A program made the position numbers and the translations under genes. A DNA stretch of 64,000 nucleotides. Source: Lama guanicoe (lineage: Eukaryota). How positions within the stretch are numbered: position 1 is the stretch's first letter; every line of letters begins with the position of its first letter. Under the pieces are notes generated by a model. That model made no database searches and had not been told where the DNA came from. It was given only the letters and a program-made list of their open reading frames with translations. The stretch lies in assembly GCA_013239625.1 (NCBI GenBank), contig MU057352.1, forward strand, positions 32,247,277-32,311,276, in the 5' to 3' direction. This document shows positions 28,165 to 36,920 of this stretch, piece by piece.

Positions 28165-28745
28165 CTAGACCTCCTCCTCCACCTTCAGGATCATCCCTGA
28201 GAAGACTTCCAGGCCCGTGGGGGTGCCCTGGGGGGCTCCATCCGGCCCACAGGCTGTTCCGCCCCCAAGGGGGCCGTCAGGGATGGGGGGCGAGGCACCC
28301 AGGGCCGGGCGGGCCTCCACCAGCCTCTCCAGCGTTCGGTTGAGGGCCTCGACACCGTCGGCCAGCCTCTGGCTCTGCTCAGCCAGCCTCTGCAGCAGTG
28401 CATTCTGCTGGGCCATCAGCGTGCTCTGCTGCTGGGACCAGGAGCGCAGCACGGCACCCTGTCGCCGCTGGGAGTCCAGGAGCCTCCGCTCAAACTCTGA
28501 GGCCTCGGCCACCGCGGGCTTCCCCAAGGGCTGGGGTGCTACAGAGGTGGGTGGCGAGGGCCGGGAAGCCCCAGGGAATGCGGCCGCCGGGGGCGCTGAG
28601 GCTGGGGAGGCGGGTGGAGAGGGTGAGGAAGTGGCAGCAGGGTAGGCTCCTCGGAGGTCCAGGGGGTCGGCTTCGGGCAGGCTCGGCCCATCCAGTGTCC
28701 GCAGGGGCAGCCACAGGCAGCTGGGGGCCTCGTCCTCCTCGTCTG
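28165..28745 (-). CDS. Nested Myb/SANT-like protein, terminal coding exon (acidic/Pro-rich linker, PLDLR, coiled coil, ...MILKVEEEV stop)
   Basis: Acceptor gtctccccctgctag|cag| (NAGNAG, both phase 1) is in frame with the 35133 donor. 581 nt open to TAG. Heptad-rich EFERRLLDSQRRQ...LADGVEALNRTLERLVEA, typical of MSANTD/NAIF1-type C-termini. CpG-rich. Confidence 0.78.
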
Positions 28746-28974
28746 CTAGCAGGGGGAGACAGGAAACGTGAGCCCCATGGCCCAGGACTGGGAGGGCCAG
28801 GAGGGGCCACTCGCAGACGGTCCTGCACGTGCAGATATGGGGGTCTCGAGGGGCCCCTCTGTGGTGGCCAGCTGCACCCTCACCAGGACACCAAAGAGAG
28901 GGCGAAAGACTTCCTCCAGTAACGCCGAGACTGAAACTCAACCTGGCGGCTCCCAAGCCGGAATGCTACCACCA

Positions 28975-29255
28975 TGCTGCCATCTGTCTGTCCACCAGCC
29001 CACCTACACACGTCCACATGCTCATCCGTCCCCTCAGCTCGCTGCCCATCCGTTTGTTCACCAAGCATCCATCCAACCTACCCATCCCCTCCTTCCTTTC
29101 ATCCTTCCTTACATCCATCCGTCCATCCATCTGTTCATCTCTCAGCCAACCATCCTCAATCCATTCATCCTCATCCACTGTCTATCCATCCTTGATCCAC
29201 CCATCCATCATTCACCTCTGTCCATCCAGCCACGCGCCCATCCACCTACTTGTGT
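28975..29255. repeat. Degenerate (CCAT/TCCA)n simple repeat
   Basis: catccatccgtccatccatc-type units. Confidence 0.85.
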
Positions 29256-29825
29256 ATATACCTCCCAGCCCTCAGTCCCCCCACCCACCACCCAGCGGAC
29301 GTCCTGGAGGGATGAGTGGGTGCACATGGAAGCAGAACTTCCCTGGGGCGGCAGGAAGGGCCAGGATTTGTAGTCCGACAAACTGGGCCCCAATGCCAGG
29401 CTGTGACCTGGGAAAGCCCTTCTCTTCTCGGGGCCTCAATCCCCTAATCTGCAAATGGACAGTCTGGCTGAGGGGCTGCTAACCTTCCAACTGTCTGCGG
29501 GTGAAGGGTAAGCCAGCCCAGGACCCAGGGAGACCTCGCCAGGCCTGAGACACGGGCTGCGCTGGCACCCCGTCTCACTAGGCATTTCCCGACGTGCTGC
29601 ATGGAAGTGGAGGCAGGTCGAGGACTTCACACTGTGGCAGTAACTTTGACTGTACATCCTGGGTCTGAGCCCCCACCCAGCTCATCTATGGCACAGGGGT
29701 TCCTGCTTTGGACAGGAAAGGGGTGATGACAGCATCACCCCAGAGGACGGGGCCACAGGCCCCCGGGGAAGCGGGCCAGGGTTCTGAGCCCAATGCGTCC
29801 AAGGGCGCAGGTGGCTGCCGGTGCT

Positions 29826-29882
29826 GCCTCCTCCTCCTTCTCCTCCTCTTCCTCCTCCTGTTCCTCTTCCTCCTCCTCCTCA
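29826..29882. repeat. (CCT/GAG)n low-complexity tract
   Basis: cctcctcctccttctcctcctcttcctcc... Confidence 0.85.
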
Positions 29883-31623
29883 TGGTCACACCCTCCTCTG
29901 TGGTCCAGGAATCTGCGGTCCAGGCACCCACTGATCCTTCGGACTTGGCGGCCCTGGTGCTCTTGGAAGGAGCCACCCAGCCAGTACGTTGCTCCTTCTC
30001 GAGGTGAGATGAAGCTTTCTGGAGGTGAGGGCCCTTGGCAGGCACCACCGTTCGGAGAGTTCCCATTAGAGAGGCCAGGCCCTGGGCTTCCCATGAGTCT
30101 ACCTCGTTCGTCAGTTGCAACCTGTACCTTCACGCTGGGCGGCCCTAGAGGGACCACGCCTGACGCCCTCACATGCTGGCAGGTGGGGGCTGTGGCTAGG
30201 GCAGAGAGCCTGCAGCGGGCGTGAACAGACATCCTCCAGCCCTGCTTCTGCCCGATCCTGCAGGCAGGTCCCGCTTCCCCACTGGTGTGGCGTTCACCAG
30301 CTGCCAGTGAGGCCAGCCCCTGCCTCAGAAGTCTGATGGCCACCGACAGACAAAAGGGGAGGCCAACAGTGGGCCCAGCCTCCAACCTCAGACGATCTCG
30401 CAGAGTCTTGCGGCTGCCGGTCCCGCGTGCGCACTGCCCACCTGGCTCCCTGAGGGAGGGGAGGTGTGGGAAGGGAGCAGACGCGGTGCCAGGAGGGGGC
30501 CTGCCCTTTCCCACTGTTTGCCCCACCTACAGACCCTGCACGGTCCAGACCACCGCCCTGAGACCTCTCCTCCCCCCAGGGCAACTACAGTCCCCTTTGC
30601 CAGCACAGCTCTGATATCCTGAAGCCCCCACGGAACGAGGACCTGGTCCACATCTCTCCCCAGTCTCCACGCCACTCCCAACGGCACAGCCCCCACACTC
30701 TGCACTCCAGCCTGCGGTGTCCCGAGCTCACCTGGGCTGCCCCTCCTTTGGCCTCTGTCCTCTCCACCAGGACAACTCCTGCTTGGCGCTCCCCCAGGAA
30801 GCCTGCCCTGCCTCAGCCGGGCCAGGGCCCTCGTGTCACTGGACTGGACTGTCCACCCACCCCACCCCTAGGACGCACGCTCCCAGAGGAACAGGCTCTG
30901 CGGGGTCCATCTCTGCATGTCAGGGCGCAGCACAGAGCAGAGGGCCAGTGAGCAGTAGGGAGCCAGCAGAGGGTGGTTGCTGACCCCTCGATGGACGTAG
31001 GCCTGAGCCCACCAGGGGTTCCGGTACTGAACGTGGGTCAAGAGGCCCGTCATCGATCCCCGAGGCTGCCCTTGGCCTCGTATCAAACAAATAAAGGTCT
31101 GATCTTGTCCTCACTGAGCCAACTTGTCCCAAGTCAAGTTCTGCCTGCTCCAACCTGGGGGGGAGGCCCCCCCAGCTCCAGCCCAGGGCCAGACCACGGG
31201 CAGACATGGAGCCACACCTGGCCCAGTGGCAGGTGGAGGCGCAGGAGGCCAGGCGGCCCTCTCTGCGGCCCTCTCCTCCAGGAAGGCAGCAGACGAGGGT
31301 AGACCCACCCAGCCTTCTGAGAAAAACGAGAGAAGCCATGGAACGTCCTGCAGGGGCAGCTCGGGGATGCGGCACAATCCTGGGAGCCCCGGCCACTCCC
31401 ACAGCTGGCCACGCACCCCTGTCCTCTCGCTTGGCAGAGCCAGCAGGCAGAGACCCCAGGCCGCCCCCTCGGTGGGGGTGCAAACCAGATGGGAGGCGGT
31501 GCTGACCGTCCTGGGCCCGCAGCCCCTTCCTGTCCGCTCCCCATAGCAGTCCGCCTGGGCTCAGAGAAGACCCTGCAGACCTGCCCCTCCCGGGCCACGG
31601 GCTGTCCCCTCACACTGACTTAC

Positions 31624-31706
31624 TTGGTGCCGGCTGGCTCCGGCCAGGAGCTCGCTGGCCGCCTCTGTGTGTGAGGACACAGCCTCAAGGCCGGCTTCAA
31701 TACTAT
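31624..31706 (-). CDS. TSNARE1: TSNARE1 SNARE-motif C-terminal exon, (D)SIEAGLEAVSSHTEAASELLAGASRHQ
   Basis: Acceptor cttgatttgcag| and donor |gtaagt. 83 nt, phase 1 to 0. G+AT restores the D of 'IDSIE'. Read manually; it is not in the ORF track. Confidence 0.95.
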
Positions 31707-34700
31707 CTGCAAATCAAGACAACAGAAGCAGTTACAGAGTGGGGACCCTGGGGTCACCCGAGGGCGAGCCTGGGGAGCCCAGCCTGGGGCCGCGGGGGGC
31801 GGAAGCAGACAGCATCTGACCCCCTGGTGGTCACTCGGAGGCCCAGGCAGGAAGCCCAGCCTTCAGAGAAGCAGAGGCGGCAAGGATAGAGCACCGGCCG
31901 GGCCGAGCTGTAGGGCAGGGAGCCTGGAAGCACCCCCTTGGGGCAGCAGCAGCCCACTCAAGACAGGGTGCGGGCCTGGCTCTGCTACAACTCTGCACCC
32001 TGGGGGCGACTGCACAGGCTCACAGAGCGGCTGTGAAGACAGCGTGACGGGGTCTGCGAACACCCTCCTCTGCGCGCTGGCCATGGGTGTCCGGGCCCTG
32101 ATCAGCCGGTTCTGACTACCGTGCGGGGCTGAGTGGGGGACCAGGGAATTCGCCTGGTAGGTGTGTCAACACAGCCCCCAAGATGTCACACCAGCAGCAC
32201 ACCTGAGCTGCTGACGAGGTCCAGGGGCTGCCCGCGGAAACCTGAAGATTTCGCTCAGCGATGCCAGCGGTTAAAAGGCAGCATCATGTAAACCATGCAC
32301 CAGACCCGTCCCCACCCCACCGCCGAGGGGCATGCAGGGTAGTGGGGAGTTAGGGCTGCGGCACTCGACCCTGCAAGGAACCGGGTTTGAATCCAGGTGA
32401 GGACCCCCCTGCGCAGTGTCTTCTACCAATGAATGGGAAAGAGCCCCGTGCCCGCAGATGAGCAGCTGAGAGCCCGCAGCCAGGGGCGCTGCCCTCAGCA
32501 CAGACCAGCTGCTGCCGCTGCACCAGACGCAGTAACACGTGAAATGAACTCTTCCAGGAAGAGCAGACACGCCTCCAAATTCACACATTTTCAGAGCTCT
32601 GGAGGCAGAAATGGCTGGATTCAAATCACTCCTCTTCCTGCAGCTGTGCACCTGGGCGCCGCCCGAGGCCTGAGGCCGGCAAGGTCCCCTCAAAGGCGGG
32701 AACCGCCCCGGCTCGGCGTCCTGAGGCCCCGTGGGTGTGCTCCCCACCAGGAGAGGGTGTGGGCGGGCCCTCCTGGAGCTGGGGCCTGCAGGGTGCCTTT
32801 GCCGCCTGCCAGGGGCGCAGGCCTCCCGTGGTGCCTCTCCAGCCAGCCTAGATGAGGAAGAAGGAACGCAGCTGCCCCGAGGCAGGACCAGCCCTGCGGG
32901 GGGTCGGGGGAGGGCACCCACCCAGGCCCCCGCCCCTGCCACCACCAACAACGTGACTAGGAGCTACCTTGTGCTCCAGACTCTGTCGGCAACAACCTGG
33001 CGGAGCCCCGACACAGAGAGAGGTGGCTGTGCCTGGCGGGCAGCAGTGTCTGGGCCAGCCGTGAGCTGGGGTCACACTCCTAGCTGGCTTTTCGCTCTGA
33101 CCTGCAACCACACACGCTCTGGGCTGCGCGGGGACCTGCCCTCAGACTGCCCAGCCCTGGTCTGCACCGAGTCGGCGCCCCGCGGCAGGGAGCCTGACTC
33201 TGATGGTAGCGTACATCCCAGAGGCAAGCGCCCCCGGCGGCCAAGGTGCACACAGCCCAGAGAACAAACGTCCTGTGGCCCCAGGGCTGGATCGCAGATC
33301 TGCTCAGCCCCCAGATCACACACGGCTCCACCCTGGGACACCGTACAAGCAGACCCCTGGCTCGTGGCCAGCGACCCTCTCCTGGGCCCTGGGGGCTGCC
33401 AGGCAAGCGGGGGCACCCCACCACACGGCCTATGGTGCTGACGCCTCATTGGCCGCGGGCCACCCCCTTCACCTCGTCATAAAGATTCCAGGTTGACCGG
33501 GGACAGCCCTGCAAAGCCCAGTCCAAGTGGGGGGAACCCAGGCACAGGCACCCCTGGGGGGCCCTACACGCGGCCAGCGGGCTTTCCTCAGCCCTACAGC
33601 CGGGAGATGCCCGTACGCCGGGATCGTGCCTCAGCCCCAGGCCAGTGCCGACCCAGAGGGCAGCGCTGGCGGGGCTGGGCCTCCAGCTGTGGTCTCCACC
33701 ATCACCCCCAAAACCAGGCGCTGCAGCCACTTCCCTGCTTGGCCTTAGCCTCACCCCACGTTGCTCTCACACATTTAACAAATCTCAGGACCCGTCGGCA
33801 CGGTGTCGGCCACTCCCCACAGAGCTCACAGCACTAAGGGACCAGCCGGTTGGCTGCCCTGATGGAGGAGAGCCCGGGAGGGGAGCCATGGGGTCTGGCG
33901 GAGGGGGCACTGGCCCACCAGGGTGGACAGGAAGCCTTCTGAGCCAAGCACCACACCCAGGGGACAAGCGCAGTCGCAAGCTCCCACCTCACTCCAGGGC
34001 TGGGGGCTCATGGGAAGGTCGGAGCACCCAGGGCCACACCCATGCTGCCCGCTGCCCGCCCTTCAGCACCCCAAAACCAGGTCTGGCTATGCCTGTAGGA
34101 GAGCGGGTGGCCTCCCCAGGACTAACAGGTGGGCCCCACCCCACCCCATCATTCAGGCCCACGACCAAGCCCAGCCCAGGGCACGGGCACGTCGGGGTCT
34201 GCCTGCATCTCTGACTGGCCCAGGCTTGCTCTGCACAGACCCCCCACTAGAAGGTCTGCTGGGGCCTCTGTTGGTGGCATCTGGGGCCTCTGCTTGTCCC
34301 CACGAGGCTGAGTCCTGCTGTCCACTCTGCAGCCCTCAAGAGGGAGGTGGTCCTGCTTCTGGCTTCATCCTCAGTCTTCCCAGCAGCTCCCCAGGAAGGG
34401 GTGGGGAAGGGTCCAGCAGGACTCAGCTCTGAGCTGTGGGCGGAGCCGCTGCATGCAGACAGCAGGTGAAGGGCGCTCCTGACGAGGTTCAGAGGTGTCT
34501 TGAGGAGGAGGACGAGGAGCAGGCGGAGCGGGCAGGAGGAGGCGCTGCAGGCGGCAGGAGTGAGCCAGCCCTGCCCCGGAGTCAGAGGCACTGTGCCACC
34601 CGCGTCTTCTTCACCAGGTACAGACCCTTCTGAAAAGGTGGGCCCTGGAGGTGGGCCCACGGGCTCCGAGGGGATCAGCCTGCCCTAGGAAGCTAAGAGC

Positions 34701-35132
34701 CTCCAGATAGCGCTCTGGCCTGGCCTGGTCTGGGGGCTGCGACCCGGGGAGAGGGGCCCCCACAATGAGGGGGTCAGAGGGAGGGTGCGGTCACCCCTAC
34801 TCCCTCCCCTACACCCAAGATAGGGCACACAGCGGGCAGGGAGCTGAGCTGAGCTGGGCTGGTGACGGCTTTCCACGAGCAGTCCAGCGATTCACCTGCA
34901 CCTCAGCTCCTGTGGGTTTCTGGAGGCTGGTGGCCGCACTGTCACATGGGACAACCCCAGATGCCCCCAAGCCCGGGCCAGGGCCGACCTGACTCAGCCT
35001 CAGCTCCTGCACTCCCTGGTTTTGAGCCTCCATGCCCCCATCTAGATGCCAAGGGGCCTCCGCTCTCCCCTAATCTTGCTCTCGGCGGTCATGCGCTGGA
35101 AGCCCCTTGCAGGCGGTGAAGGGACCACTTAC

Positions 35133-35538
35133 TTGGCAGCGGCTCTGCGGCCTGGCCCTCGCCCGGGGGGCCCGGGACTGCGAAGGTCTCGGCCACCATG
35201 CGCTCGACGGGCGTGAGCACGGGGCCAGGGGCCCGGGGCCGCTCGGCCAGCTTCCGGCGCACCACGCCGCGCAGGTCCCGCCACTTGTGCTTGACGTCGC
35301 CCAGGTCCCGGCGGCAGTAGCCCAGTGCGTTCACCGCCTGCAGGATGCGGCTCCACACGCGATGCTTCCGGGCGGGCGGGCCCCGCAGCGCCCCGAACAG
35401 CAGCGGGTAGTGGCGCGTGACCCTCTGCACCAGCACCTCTGTCTCCTGGGGGCTGAAGTTGGGCTTCCGGGTCTTGGTGCGGGAGTGGGAGCTCGGCCGC
35501 AGGGGCACGCAGCCCGGCCCGGACAGCAGGGCCGCCAT
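35133..35538 (-). CDS. Nested Myb/SANT-like DNA-binding protein, coding exon 1 (Myb_DNA-bind_5/MSANTD/NAIF1-like). The full exon, from the upstream acceptor, spans 35133-35591.
   Basis: Strong Kozak gccATGG at 35538. Encodes RKPNFSPQETEVLVQRV...LLFG...RVWSRILQAVNALGYCRRDLGDVKHKWRDLRGVVRRKL, with the F/W/W Myb-SANT pattern. CpG-rich. Donor A|gtaagt (phase 1); upstream acceptor cctttccag| at 35591. Confidence 0.88.
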
Positions 35539-36847
35539 GGCCGGCTCGGGGCTGGAGCTCCGCTGGCATGTGGCTTGGCTGCTTCTGGACCCTGGAAAGG
35601 CACCAGAGGCTGAGTGGGCAGCAGATGGGACGGGCCATGGAGAGCAGGGAACCCCCAGAATCCTGGTCCCAGGCCCCCACTGCCCCCTGGAGAGGGTACA
35701 GTGGCCCCAGCCCAACGTCCATCACCCTAGAAACACCCACATCAGGGGGCAGTGGGGTCCTGGCTCCTGGCTACTCTGGTCCCCAGGTGCCCACCCCTCC
35801 GCCGGGCCCCTACACGGTTGCAGCAGGTCAGCCCTCTCCACCTCCCCACCGGGAGACGATCCCTTCCTGATCGTCCAGGAGCAGGACTGAGTGACCATCT
35901 GTAGACACCGGGGCATCCATCTGGAGTGTACAAAGCATTTTGCACACACCGCCCCAAGACAGCCAGCCAGAGGTGGAGGGGGGGGTCCTGCAAGAGGTGC
36001 TGTGAAGGGGTGACGGGGCGGCCCCACTGGAGCTGCCCAGGCTGAGGAGCGGGATCCCGTGGGAGCGAGGAGAAGCCTGCCAGCGTCACGGCCCAACCCT
36101 GTCCAGTCGCCCTCCTAGGGCAGGGGGGCGGCTGGGCTGCCCGCCAGGGAACAGCACATGCCTGGACCTCAGAAGCTCCACGGCACCCAGGCTGAGAGGC
36201 GAGAGGCTTATTCACAGCCGCGGGGCCCCTGGTGAGGCAACAGCTCAGCCCGGGAACAGGTAGAGAGGCTGGGTGGGTGAGCCCTGGGGTCCTGGCCGGG
36301 AGCTGACTGTTGGCAAGTGGCTCTGGGGACCAGGAGCCACTCTTCTAGGCCAGAGGGTGGTGAGTTCCTGCTCGGGCGCCCAGGGCGCTCAGGAGAAGCC
36401 ATATGGCCGCAGGGTGTGGGCACCGGGCTGGTGGGGCGGAGGCTCTCACGTGGAAGGAACAGCAGGAACAACGGCTCGTCCTGCACAGCCCTGTCCCCAC
36501 CACCCACGTTTCCTGAGAAGTGGCTGACGTGGTGAATCAGCAGCAGGATCGGCACTCCACGGTGGTGCCACGTCCAGCGCCCTCCGCTGGGGCACCCACT
36601 GCAGTCTGACGCCCCCCAGACAGCTGGTCCTCACCCTGGGGAGCCCCTGGCTGAGGAGGAAGGCCCAGGGCAGGGGGCACACAGGCCAGCGCTCCTCAGT
36701 GAGGAGAAGGGGCGGGCCAACCTCTGGCCTGGGTCTCCCTTGCCCGGCCTTCCTGAGGGGCTGGGGAGACACTCAGACCCCAGAAGCCGCCCCAGCCCCA
36801 CACCGGGGGGAGGGGCAGGTGGCCTGACAGATGGCGTGGGTACCCAC

Positions 36848-36920
36848 CGATGGCGTCTCCTTGCTCTGACACCATGGAGGCCAAGTCCTTGATGATCTGG
36901 TTCACATCCAGCAGGTCGCT
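36848..36920 (-). CDS. TSNARE1: TSNARE1 SNARE-motif exon, SDLLDVNQIIKDLASMVSEQGDAI(G)
   Basis: Acceptor gtttccacag| and donor |gtgggt. 73 nt, phase 0 to 1. Contains the Qa zero-layer 'EQG'. Confidence 0.96.
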
